63,987 bases of DNA from Curvibacter sp. (GTDB taxonomy: Bacteria; Pseudomonadota; Gammaproteobacteria; Burkholderiales; Burkholderiaceae_C): contig RXJO01000010.1 of assembly GCA_003987795.1 (NCBI GenBank), forward strand, positions 1 to 63,987, written 5' to 3'. The notes under the pieces were generated by a model. It was not told the DNA's origin, made no database searches, and saw only the letters and a program-made list of their open reading frames with translations. Shown piece after piece: positions 9,689 through 18,532 of the stretch. A program made the translations under genes and the position numbers. Positions within the stretch are counted from its first letter, which is position 1. Every line of letters starts with the position of its first letter.

Positions 9689-10623
9689 GATGAAACCGCA
9701 GGAGAACTGCGGTGGAGTGGTTCTGAAAACAAGTGGTCAGACCAGCGTCTGCGCTCTGCCTCCGAGTCAAGACCGCGCCAGGCCAGGACGTCGTCCGCAT
9801 CAAAGCACAAGGGCCATTGGCCGGCCACCGGGTTGGGCTCGTAGTCCAGCGCGTCGAACAAGGCGGTCCAATGCGGGCCAAAGGCCTTGAACCAATCGGT
9901 CTGCCAGGCGCTGCGCCATTCGTAACGCAGACCGCGCCGGTTGAACTGGCGGGCGCCCGGATCATCGCGCAACAGCCGCGCCTCGACCTTCTGCAGGCGA
10001 TTGACCTCTGAGGCCGCCACCGCCCGGGCCAGCTCCAGCGGTTCGGGCTCCAGCCCCATCCAGCGGCAGGCCTCGGCCAGCTGCGTCTGTGGCTCGGATT
10101 TCCAGTCTTCAAAGCGCAGTCGCTTGAAGCGGTTCGGGTGCTGCTGGCACCAGGCCAGCCAGCTGCGCAGGTGCAGCCAGAGCAGGTCGATGTGGGAGAC
10201 GGGACCGCCGAAAAAAGGCATCTTCAGAAAGACCTCGAAGGGCGTGCCCGCCTCGATCTGACGGTTGCGGACTTGTCGCTGCCACTCCGAGTAAAGGGCG
10301 TCGCGGGGGTCGCGCACGATGAACACCGTGCGCTGCGAGAGGTCGCACTGCCAGGGAAAGCCATGGCTGAAGCGAGGTTGCAGCGACAGATCGAAGACCT
10401 GCAGCCGACCCGTCTGCAAACTGGCCAGTGTCTGCTGCCAGGGGCCGTGCTCGGCCACGTACCGATAGCGGCCGTCCTCCTGCAAGGCCCACTCGGAACG
10501 CGTGTCAAAGCCCCAGAGCTCCCACAGAGGAACGCCCAACTCGATCAAGGCATTGGCCAGCCAGGCCGCACCACAGGGAAACTGCGGCGAGACGATGTTC
10601 AGGTTGAAAGTCGGCTGGTCCAT
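9685..10623 (-). CDS. Sulfotransferase-fold protein (candidate phosphoramidate transferase)
   Basis: 3'-phosphate-binding motif IVRDPRDALYS, LRFEDWK, FNRRGLRYEWR; N-terminal loop SPQFPCGAAWL is a divergent version of the PKSGTTW loop; start overlaps upstream stop (TGATG). Confidence 0.75.
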   Translation of the reverse strand: MDQPTFNLNIVSPQFPCGAAWLANALIELGVPLWELWGFDTRSEWALQEDGRYRYVAEHGPWQQTLASLQTGRLQVFDLSLQPRFSHGFPWQCDLSQRTVFIVRDPRDALYSEWQRQVRNRQIEAGTPFEVFLKMPFFGGPVSHIDLLWLHLRSWLAWCQQHPNRFKRLRFEDWKSEPQTQLAEACRWMGLEPEPLELARAVAASEVNRLQKVEARLLRDDPGARQFNRRGLRYEWRSAWQTDWFKAFGPHWTALFDALDYEPNPVAGQWPLCFDADDVLAWRGLDSEAERRRWSDHLFSEPLHRSSPAVSS

Positions 10624-11201
10624 CAACACGCCTCCAATGGCTGCCCGCGCAGCGCCAGCCACAGATCCAAAGCCTGATCCAGGTGCCGGGATCGGGAGCC
10701 CTCTGCAAAATCCTGCTGCAGCACCAGTTCGGGTCTGATGGGGTACTCGGCCACCACGTCGATCCCCACCACGTGAGGGACCGGTACACCGCCCGGCGCC
10801 CCATACAGGGCCGGCTTGCGCCTGCGCAGAAGTTCAAGATCGGCTTGCAACAGGATCTCGGCATAGGGGGCCAGACCGGCTCGGGACCAGGCCTGCACAT
10901 CGTGGCGAAGGGAAATGGTGGCCACGATGACCGGAATGCCTTGAAGTGCAGCCCATTGCGCCATGCGGGCCGTGCGCCAGGCCCGTTGCAGACGCTGCGC
11001 GGGAAGATGAGAGTCCTGCTCCTCGGGGGCCTCCAACAGTTGGCGCAGCTCATCGCCATCGAGCAACAAGGGGCGCTGCCCTTGCGCCCGCAAAACGGCG
11101 ACCAGGGACCGCGCCAGCGTCGACTTGCCGACCCCCGACAGGCCGGTGATCCAAAGAATCGGCGCCGGCGACAAAGCGGGCCTCTCAGATTCTGAAGTCA
11201 T
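10623..11201 (-). CDS. APS-kinase (CysC)-fold kinase, probably Cj1415-like cytidine diphosphoramidate 3'-kinase
   Basis: WITGLSGVGKST P-loop, LLDGDELR, VIVATIS; operon context; no ATP sulfurylase nearby. Confidence 0.8.
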   Translation of the reverse strand: MTSESERPALSPAPILWITGLSGVGKSTLARSLVAVLRAQGQRPLLLDGDELRQLLEAPEEQDSHLPAQRLQRAWRTARMAQWAALQGIPVIVATISLRHDVQAWSRAGLAPYAEILLQADLELLRRRKPALYGAPGGVPVPHVVGIDVVAEYPIRPELVLQQDFAEGSRSRHLDQALDLWLALRGQPLEAC

Positions 11202-11967
11202 GGCTGTACCCGGTTTCCGACAAAGCCGCCTCGACCACCGCCAGATCGTGAGGCGAGTCGATTTCGACCCAGCCGCCGGCGACCTCGACGCAGCGGATCT
11301 GGCGGCCCGCCTCGACCAGGCGCTGCAGCAGGCTGGTCATGTCGAGCCGATCCACCGCAGCCGCACCTTGATCGGCCGCCAGCTGACCCAGGCATGACGC
11401 AATCCAGCGCCAACCGGTGGGCGAAGTTCTCAGCAGCCCCATGTATTGTCCCTGGATCTCATTCAATGAAGCGGCGCGAAAGCCGATGCGGGTGAGCACA
11501 CCTTCATGCGACTGAAGCACCTCGGCATCCGCGAGCGGGTCGGCAAAACGCCGTTGCCACAATGCAAGCCACAGATGATCCACCGGCAGGCTCAGGGGCG
11601 CCGGGTCCGCCGTCACAGCACGGCGGATCGCGGCCGTGCTGTAGGCCCCATCGCCATAGACGACCAGCGTGGGGGCACGCTCCAGCCAGTCTGCTGCCAA
11701 CTGAAGGCTGCGCACCATGTTTGACTCTTGCCACCGCGGATTGAAACGCAGATCGGGCGACCAGGGCGCCAGGCCCTCAGATTGCCAACCCGTCACGATC
11801 AGCACGCGTTCGATGCCGTTCGCACGCAAGGATCGCAGCGTCCAGCCCAGCAGAGGCTGCCCGGCCAGTGACACCAGGCATTTGGGACGGTCCGCCGTCA
11901 ACGCTTCCATGCGGCTTCCACGGCCAGCCGCCAACACCACGGCCTGGCGAATCTCGGAGGCACTCAT
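11185..11967 (-). CDS. NTP-transferase, LicC/Cj1416-like (putative CTP:phosphoglutamine cytidylyltransferase)
   Basis: AVVLAAGRGSRM, RPKCL, NPRWQESNMVRSL, YGD, WVEIDSPHDL; ATG 11967 overlaps methyltransferase stop. Confidence 0.82.
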   Translation of the reverse strand: MSASEIRQAVVLAAGRGSRMEALTADRPKCLVSLAGQPLLGWTLRSLRANGIERVLIVTGWQSEGLAPWSPDLRFNPRWQESNMVRSLQLAADWLERAPTLVVYGDGAYSTAAIRRAVTADPAPLSLPVDHLWLALWQRRFADPLADAEVLQSHEGVLTRIGFRAASLNEIQGQYMGLLRTSPTGWRWIASCLGQLAADQGAAAVDRLDMTSLLQRLVEAGRQIRCVEVAGGWVEIDSPHDLAVVEAALSETGYSHDFRI

Positions 11968-12713
11968 GTGCGGGCCGTCCAAAGGCGGCTGATATAAGGC
12001 ACAGCCAACACCTCGGCCGTGCCCAGCAATTGCTCGATGCCGGCCAGGATGGCGGGCAGGGTGTCGCCGGCCTGCCGCCGCAATGTGGCATGCGAATGCC
12101 AGGCCTCCATCCAGGCCGGCCTGCTGATCTCGACCACGAATCGTTGCTCGTCGGCGCGGATGTCGTGCCACCGACCATGGGCCAGCAGATCCGGCTCAGG
12201 CGAATGCCGGCGGCGACCCAACTCATAGCCCGGCAGGTGCCGCCGGATCAGCGCCTCCACCGCCTGCTGCAGTGGGTCGTCCAGGTCGCGGTGGTTCCAG
12301 ATGGCCAGCCAATGCCCGCCCGGCTTGAGAACCCGAACGCATTCATCGAGCGCCAGCGGCGCCGGCAGCACATTGAAAGAGGAGCCGAAAGCGACCAGCT
12401 CGCAGCTCTGGTTCTTGACCGGGAGGGCTTCGCCTCGCGCCGCCAGCCAGCGGGCCCGACGATCCAGTCCTTTCGATAAGGCAAGCGCCCGCATGCGTTC
12501 GTTGGGCTCGAGGGCCGTCAGATCCAGGCCATGGTCGCAGAGCAAGGCTGTGAGCTTGCCGGTGCCGGCGCCAACCTCCAAGGCAGGCGTTCCAGCCCCG
12601 CAGCCCAAGCGTAAAAGCGTGCGCCGGATGAGTTCAGCCGAGTAATCAGCCCGCTGGTCGTAGGAGTCGGCCAGGTCGGTGTAATCCCACTCAAGCGTTG
12701 GGTTCTGGGTCAT
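11964..12713 (-). CDS. Class I SAM-dependent methyltransferase (Cj1419/Cj1420-like by context)
   Basis: LEVGAGTGKLT SAM motif, LEPNERM, FGSSFNV, RVLKPGG. Confidence 0.88.
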   Translation of the reverse strand: MTQNPTLEWDYTDLADSYDQRADYSAELIRRTLLRLGCGAGTPALEVGAGTGKLTALLCDHGLDLTALEPNERMRALALSKGLDRRARWLAARGEALPVKNQSCELVAFGSSFNVLPAPLALDECVRVLKPGGHWLAIWNHRDLDDPLQQAVEALIRRHLPGYELGRRRHSPEPDLLAHGRWHDIRADEQRFVVEISRPAWMEAWHSHATLRRQAGDTLPAILAGIEQLLGTAEVLAVPYISRLWTART

Positions 12714-12717
12714 CGTT

Positions 12718-13365
12718 TCAAGGTCCTCGAGAATTGGAAAACGTGAAGATCTGGGCCAGCCATGACCGGGTCAGGTCAGCCGCGCCCTGAGGGCGCTCCG
12801 GATGCCACATCAGGCCCAGCCAGGGCAGATCGCGGTGGCGCATGGCCTCCACACTGCCGTCAACGGCCAATGCCGTGGCCTGCCAGCCTTCGGCCAGTTC
12901 GCGGATGCCCCAGCGATGCCAGGAGTTCACGGTCTGGTCTGGCCAAGGAGACCGCAGCCGATGGGGCTGCCCGACATGGTCTTCGATCGCGATGAGCTCG
13001 CCCCCGGCCTCACGGTGCAGCATCTGCATGCCACGGCACACCCCCAGCACCGGCCATCGCCGCTCACGGGCCCGCTGGATCAGGCTCAGCTCCAGCGCAT
13101 CCCTGACGTCCGAGCTGCCCACATCCTCACCGCCCGTCAGCAGCAAGGCATTGACGCCCCAGCCCGCCAGCCAATGCAGGGCCTGATCAGCTGCTGCGAA
13201 ATTGGGCAAGGGCAGGAACTGCGCCCAGGAGGCGTTGGCACAGAACCAGTCAGACCACTCGGCATCTAGTGCATCACGAGCGCTGCTCGTGGCACTGCCG
13301 GCCAGTCGGCGCTGGGTCACCGCCACCCGCCAACGCGCGGTCGGAGCCAACGTCAGTGGAGCCAT
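12718..13365 (-). CDS. Class I glutamine amidotransferase / peptidase C26 family, Cj1417-like gamma-glutamyl-CDP-amidate hydrolase
   Basis: LLLTGGED, nucleophile motif GVCRGMQ, VNSWH, MWHPER (Cys-His-Glu triad); start MAPLTLAP at 13365. Confidence 0.85.
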   Translation of the reverse strand: MAPLTLAPTARWRVAVTQRRLAGSATSSARDALDAEWSDWFCANASWAQFLPLPNFAAADQALHWLAGWGVNALLLTGGEDVGSSDVRDALELSLIQRARERRWPVLGVCRGMQMLHREAGGELIAIEDHVGQPHRLRSPWPDQTVNSWHRWGIRELAEGWQATALAVDGSVEAMRHRDLPWLGLMWHPERPQGAADLTRSWLAQIFTFSNSRGP

Positions 13366-15662
13366 AGTCCGCCTCCTGCAGGATCGATGGTGGCCCGACG
13401 GGCCTTTCTGGCCTTGAGCAGCACGTGTTCGCCACAACCGATGGCCGCAGCCAGGCCCTGCTCGGCACAGCGGATGGCCATGTGCGAATTGGCGCCCCCC
13501 CAGACCGTGATCAAGCCGGCGATCGGGTGATTGAACAGCCAATCAAAACCAGGGTCGGCCTGCTGCAACAGGACCACGGCATGGTGAAGCGCTGCGGCCG
13601 GATGGTCGGGTCGGGGCTCAATCACCAGAGGCCCCTCGGCCACACGCTGGCCCACAAAGTTAGGCAAGGTGTTGAAGCTGTCCACCACATCGCGCTGGGC
13701 AGGGTGCCAAAGCACCGGACTCACCATCTGATGGGCCTGACCGGCATGGACAGCACAGGCCTCGTGCGCCTGGTCGGCCCAGGATGCCCGGCTTTCGCGC
13801 CCAAGGGCAGGGTCTGCCGCCAGCTGCTCCAGGCTCAGCCACGAAGCGGTCTCCCGATCAAGGCCGATGTCCTCGAAGCCGGTAGCGATCAACTCCAGGG
13901 CCATGGAAAGCTCGGCACTGAAGACCTGCTTGGCCCACTCTCGGGCGCTGGCCGTGGCCTGAACGAACGCCACCCATGCGCAAGCCGTCAAGGGCAATTC
14001 GGACTCACCCAGCAACGCCGTCAAGTCCCGGTCCTCGGCAGGGCTCAAGAAGCAGGCGCGAGATTCGCAGCCCAAATCCTGGTCTTCGATGGACACGCAG
14101 GCGGGCACGGGTCGCTGCAGGATGTCGAAGGCGCCAGGGCGCAGGGCCGCCCCCGCCCCGACAAGCCCGAAAGGCAGGAGGTGGGCAAAGCGCTGACGCG
14201 CTGAAGCTTTGATCTGGAACGCCCTCTCAGGGGTCAAAGCCCCGCGCTGGACAGCTGAGCGAAGCTGGGCTTCACCGATGAAGGCCAGACGCGCGAGCAC
14301 AGAAAATGAATGACTCCCCAGCCGGCTGCGCCGCAGGCGCGCGGGCCAATCGAGCGAACCCGGCGATGCCACCGAGCCCAGGGACAGTTTGCAGATGCGA
14401 TCCCAATGCTGGCCGAACATGGAGTCTGGCGCCGTCGAGGTCAGGCTGTGCGCCAAGCGACCCAGCGCGGCCTCCCATTGGCCCCAGCCATCGACGCCCA
14501 GCACATCGACCCATTGAGCGCGCAAATCCGAGCGACGTTTCAGATCTCGGATGGTTCTGTAGACCTCGAACTCGACCTTGTCGTGCAGCTCCGGCCGGGC
14601 CTGCAGCGCTGAGATGACATGCTGGACAAGCCGCCCCCGCAGTTCGCTGCCAAGGCCTGCGGGCAACAAGGAATTGGCGCTGCGGCGCACGTCCACCATC
14701 GGGCGCCCCTGCCAGACATGCAGCAGCGAAGCCGCCGGCTCGGGCGGGCTTGCGTAACCCATCTCGGCCCGGGCCTGCCACCAGACCTGGTCAGAAATCA
14801 GGTGCTGGAAAAGCGACAGGGCGAGGGGGCGAGGATGCGACCCCAGCAATTCAGCCGGATTCCAGTCGGCCATCAGGGACAACACGGTCTGCGGGCCGGC
14901 GACTTCAGCACAAGGATCCGGCTCACAGAGGAAACCCGCGTCTGGCAACGCGATCCGAGCGGATGGCCAAGCCCACTGCGTCTGGACAATGGGTCGCACC
15001 TGAAACAGGTACAGAGACGGAGGCGCCATGTCGACTTGAGCCGCACCCAGGGCGAACTCGATCTCGATCGGCTGTCCGCGATGGAGGTCTTCGATCTCGC
15101 GCAACAGGTCGAGGGCCTGCCGCACGCTGGTGCTCAGTTGCGCCAGCGCCTGAGGGTGACCGACTGCTTCACGCCGAATGGCATGCATCCGGCCGGTGGA
15201 GCGCCCGGCCGTGACCGTGGCGCTGTCCCCGGTCGACAGTTCAATGCAGTACCAGGGCGCTCCGTCGTGAATCCGGTGCGTGGAGGCCACACCGGCCATG
15301 GCCACGTCCGTGATCATTGTCTGGACCATCACCTGGTCATCGGGCAGGCCAGGCAGGGATTCGAACACATCGTCGATCGCGGCCTCCAGACGATGAGGCT
15401 CGACATTCAGCTGACTTCTGAAGCGGCCGGCCTGCGAGGAGTGCACCTGGTCTTCAGACGCCGCATCACTGCGCACGGCCAACAGGTGCTGCCCCAGTTC
15501 ATCTTGGCATTCCCGCAGAAAACAGGTGCGCGACGATCGCCACTCATCCAGGGAAACCACCCTGAATGCCGGGATCTCCGCAGCGCTCAGCCGTGAGCGA
15601 AGCCGGTACAGCCCGGCAGACTTGCCAAATGATCCCTCAACGGGGTCGACAGGTTTCAACAT
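13353..15662 (-). CDS. PPDK/PEP-synthase-like protein, Cj1418-like L-glutamine kinase
   Basis: N-terminal ATP-grasp (LAVRSDAASED...QAGRF, VMVQTMI, YLFQVRPI), central MADWNPAELLG and HDKVEF, C-terminal phospho-His swivel domain GGANSHMAIRCAEQGLAAAIG. Confidence 0.82.
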   Translation of the reverse strand: MLKPVDPVEGSFGKSAGLYRLRSRLSAAEIPAFRVVSLDEWRSSRTCFLRECQDELGQHLLAVRSDAASEDQVHSSQAGRFRSQLNVEPHRLEAAIDDVFESLPGLPDDQVMVQTMITDVAMAGVASTHRIHDGAPWYCIELSTGDSATVTAGRSTGRMHAIRREAVGHPQALAQLSTSVRQALDLLREIEDLHRGQPIEIEFALGAAQVDMAPPSLYLFQVRPIVQTQWAWPSARIALPDAGFLCEPDPCAEVAGPQTVLSLMADWNPAELLGSHPRPLALSLFQHLISDQVWWQARAEMGYASPPEPAASLLHVWQGRPMVDVRRSANSLLPAGLGSELRGRLVQHVISALQARPELHDKVEFEVYRTIRDLKRRSDLRAQWVDVLGVDGWGQWEAALGRLAHSLTSTAPDSMFGQHWDRICKLSLGSVASPGSLDWPARLRRSRLGSHSFSVLARLAFIGEAQLRSAVQRGALTPERAFQIKASARQRFAHLLPFGLVGAGAALRPGAFDILQRPVPACVSIEDQDLGCESRACFLSPAEDRDLTALLGESELPLTACAWVAFVQATASAREWAKQVFSAELSMALELIATGFEDIGLDRETASWLSLEQLAADPALGRESRASWADQAHEACAVHAGQAHQMVSPVLWHPAQRDVVDSFNTLPNFVGQRVAEGPLVIEPRPDHPAAALHHAVVLLQQADPGFDWLFNHPIAGLITVWGGANSHMAIRCAEQGLAAAIGCGEHVLLKARKARRATIDPAGGGLWLH

Positions 15663-15949
15663 GAAGGGCAGGCGCCTTTCCCGGCGGGCTGCGGCTGTCT
15701 TCGCAGCCGATCTCCCACCCTGCCGGGTGTATCGCACTCGTTGTTAAACGGGGTGAGCGCACCAGCCTCTGTGAGCATTGAGGCAGGCGGATCTCGAGGG
15801 CATCGTATCACCCTGTCAATGACCCATCATCCGAGCGGAGCGCAAGCGATGGACGATGACGATCCGCCGAACTGATGGTCTGTTCGATCAAGGCCGACAA
15901 GCGGCCAGCAAGAAGGCAAAATCAGGCTCGACAACATGGAGGAGACCTC

Positions 15950-16933
15950 ATGCCCATCTGCCGCAGAACCGCCCTGTCCCTGCTTGCCCTCTCTGCAGGG
16001 GCGGTGATCGCCGCACCCGGCCTGGCCCAAGACAGCAAGTTCCCCAACAAGCCCCTCACCCTGGTGGTGCCCCAGGTGGCCGGTGGTGCCAACGACGCCA
16101 TCGCCCGCATCGTGGCCCAGAAGCTGGCGGAAACGCTGGGGCAAGCCGTCGTGGTGGACAACCGACCCGGCGCCGGGGGCAACATCGGCACCGCGGCCAC
16201 CGCCCGGGCCAAGCCCGATGGCTACACCCTGCTGCTGACGGCCGACAGCGCCTATGTGATCAACCCGGCGCTTTACAAATCCACCGGCTTCGATCCGCTC
16301 AAAGATTTCGAGCCGGTGGGCACCGTGGCCTCATCGGGCTATGTGGTGGTGGCCAACAACCATTTCGCGCCCAACAACATCGCTGAACTGATCACCGCCG
16401 CGAAGGCCGCGCCCGGCAAGATCAACATCGCCTCGGCCGGCAACGGCACAGTCAACCACCTGTTCGGCGAGATGCTGGGCAAGGCCGCCGGCATCGACAT
16501 GACCCATGTGCCCTACAAGGGCGCCTCGGCCGCCGTGACCGATCTGGTGGGGGGCACCGTGCAGGTGTCGGTGCAGAGCCTGCCCTCGTCGATCTCCTTC
16601 ATCAAGGGCGGCAAGCTCAAGGTGTTGGCCGTCGTGAACGAGAAGCGGATCGCGGCCCTGCCGGACGTGCCCACCGTCGGCGAAACCGTCAAGAACCTGG
16701 GCTATACCCCCTGGTACGGCGTCTTCGCCCCCGCCGGCACCCCCAAGCCCATCGTGGCGCAGTTGCAGTCAGCCATCGGCCAGGTGCTGGATGCCCCCGA
16801 TGTGCGTGAGAAGCTCGCCGGCATCGGCTGCGAACCCCTGAAGATCGGCCCCGAGGCATTGGCCAGCCTGATTCGCCGCGAGCTGCCGCGCTGGGCCAAG
16901 GTGGTGAAAGAGGCGGATGTGACCCTCGATTGA
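15950..16933 (+). CDS. Bug/TctC family solute receptor
   Basis: GGAGGA RBS before ATG 15950; FPNKPLTLVVPQVAGGAND, DNRPGAGG, HVPYKG. Confidence 0.92.
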   Translation: MPICRRTALSLLALSAGAVIAAPGLAQDSKFPNKPLTLVVPQVAGGANDAIARIVAQKLAETLGQAVVVDNRPGAGGNIGTAATARAKPDGYTLLLTADSAYVINPALYKSTGFDPLKDFEPVGTVASSGYVVVANNHFAPNNIAELITAAKAAPGKINIASAGNGTVNHLFGEMLGKAAGIDMTHVPYKGASAAVTDLVGGTVQVSVQSLPSSISFIKGGKLKVLAVVNEKRIAALPDVPTVGETVKNLGYTPWYGVFAPAGTPKPIVAQLQSAIGQVLDAPDVREKLAGIGCEPLKIGPEALASLIRRELPRWAKVVKEADVTLD

Positions 16934-17135
16934 CATCGAACCCAATGACATCGCACCGGGCTTTTCGGCCTGGGTCAAACCCTGCCCCAAGGCTGAGCCC
17001 AAACAGGCCCGATGCGATGGTCAGCCCCCCATTTTTCGTGCTGGCTTATGCAAATTCCGCGCAAGGCGGGTGCGGCCGCATGCGGACAATCTGGGCAACA
17101 CGACTGCGCAGTCCACCACTGCCGAACGCCCCGAC

Positions 17136-18107
17136 ATGCCCACGATTGAAAGCACCGCCCGACGCCGCCTCCTGCAGGCTGGCTTGGCCCTTCCGGCCGC
17201 CCTCGCGCTGAACCCCTTGCAGGCCGCCGATGCCGACCGACTGCGCATCGGCTATCAGAAATCGTCCACCCTGATGATCTACCTGAAGTCCAAGGGGGTG
17301 CTGGAGAAAGCGCTCACCCCCTTGAACGTGACGGTCCAGTGGCATGAGTTCAACTCGGGCCTGCCCTTGCTGGAGGCCTTGAACGTGGGCGCCATCGACC
17401 TGAGCGCCGACGTTGCGGATGCGGTGCCACCGTTTGCGCTGGCTGCCGGCGCCCAACTGACCTACTACGCCATCGAGACCCCCTCGCCCCAGGCCCAGGC
17501 CATCGTGGTGCGCAAGGATTCTGCCCTGAGCAGCGTGGCCCAGCTCAAGGGCCAGAAGGTGGCCTTCGCCAAAGGCGCGGGGGCGCACTACCTGCTGCTG
17601 GAGGCGCTGGCGCGCAACGGCCTGAGCATTCAGGACATCGAGCCGGTCTACCTGAGCCCGGCCGATGCACGCGCCGCCTTCGAGACCGGCAAGGTCGGGG
17701 CCTGGGTGATCTGGGATCCGTTCCTGGCAGCCGTGCAGCGCCAGTCGGGTGCCCGCATCCTGGTCGACGGCAACAAGCTGGCCGCTTACCGACGCTTCTA
17801 CCTTGCGGCCACGCCTTATGCACAGCGCCGGCCCGATGTGCTGGGCCTGGTCTATGCCGAACTTCAACGCGCGGGGCAATGGATCAAGCAGCACCCGAGC
17901 CAGGCCGCCGAATGGCATGCCCCGGTGATCGGTCTGGACGCCGCCACCGTCGAGGTGGCCAACCAACGCCGCAGCTACCAGGTGCAGCCGCCCGATGCCG
18001 AAGCCCTGGCCGAACAGCAGCGCATTGCCGATGCCTTCAGCCAGGCCCAGATCATTCCGCGCAAAGTGCGCATCGCCGACTCGCCCGTGTGGCGCCCGGC
18101 GCCCTGA
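17136..18107 (+). CDS. ssuA: Aliphatic sulfonate ABC transporter substrate-binding protein (SsuA-like)
   Basis: LRIGYQK, EFNSGLPLLEALNVGAID, LKGQKVAFAKG, WVIWDPF; twin-Arg-like leader (ARRRLL); no cognate permease adjacent. Confidence 0.82.
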   Translation: MPTIESTARRRLLQAGLALPAALALNPLQAADADRLRIGYQKSSTLMIYLKSKGVLEKALTPLNVTVQWHEFNSGLPLLEALNVGAIDLSADVADAVPPFALAAGAQLTYYAIETPSPQAQAIVVRKDSALSSVAQLKGQKVAFAKGAGAHYLLLEALARNGLSIQDIEPVYLSPADARAAFETGKVGAWVIWDPFLAAVQRQSGARILVDGNKLAAYRRFYLAATPYAQRRPDVLGLVYAELQRAGQWIKQHPSQAAEWHAPVIGLDAATVEVANQRRSYQVQPPDAEALAEQQRIADAFSQAQIIPRKVRIADSPVWRPAP

Positions 18108-18121
18108 ACTGAAAAGCTCGC

Positions 18122-18532
18122 TCAGGCCCCTGACCAGCGCAGGGTGCAGCGGTCACCCACTGCCTGACGCTCGACAGTGATGGCGCTGAGCTGGGGCAAC
18201 ACGGGGGCCAGTTGGCGCCCAATGAACAGGCAAAGGTTCTCCAGGGTGGCCGGGCCCAGGCCGGGCACCTCGTCGAGGAAGTGGTGGTCGAGCTGCTCAC
18301 GCAGGCGCGCGATCTCGGCACGCACGAAGCCGAGGTCGACCACCATGCCCGTGGCGGGGTCGGGCGCACCGCTGACGTGCACCTCGGCATGGTAGGTGTG
18401 GCCATGGATGCGGCGGCTGCCCTCCGCCTCGATCTGGCGTTGCAGGGTGTGGGCTGCATCAAAGAAGAAGCGCTGCGACAGTTCGAAGACCGCGCCCGCA
18501 CGAGGGAAAGCGTTGCTGGGGGAGAGGCTCAT
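18122..18532 (-). CDS. queD: 6-carboxytetrahydropterin synthase QueD-like (PTPS family)
   Basis: FDAAH, HGHTY, LDHHFLD, TLENL; start overlaps queE stop; CxxxHGH appears as SxxxHGH. Confidence 0.8.
   Translation of the reverse strand: MSLSPSNAFPRAGAVFELSQRFFFDAAHTLQRQIEAEGSRRIHGHTYHAEVHVSGAPDPATGMVVDLGFVRAEIARLREQLDHHFLDEVPGLGPATLENLCLFIGRQLAPVLPQLSAITVERQAVGDRCTLRWSGA

Noticed and set aside
9685-11201. Conventional PAPS-dependent glycan sulfation module (cysC + sulfotransferase)
   Set aside because: Disfavoured, not excluded: no cysD/cysN, the 5'-phosphosulfate loop is degenerate, and the neighbours match the phosphoramidate pathway.
11185-15662. Phosphonate or phosphocholine (lic) biosynthesis
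   Set aside because: No PEP mutase, phosphonopyruvate decarboxylase, choline kinase or LicD in the cluster.
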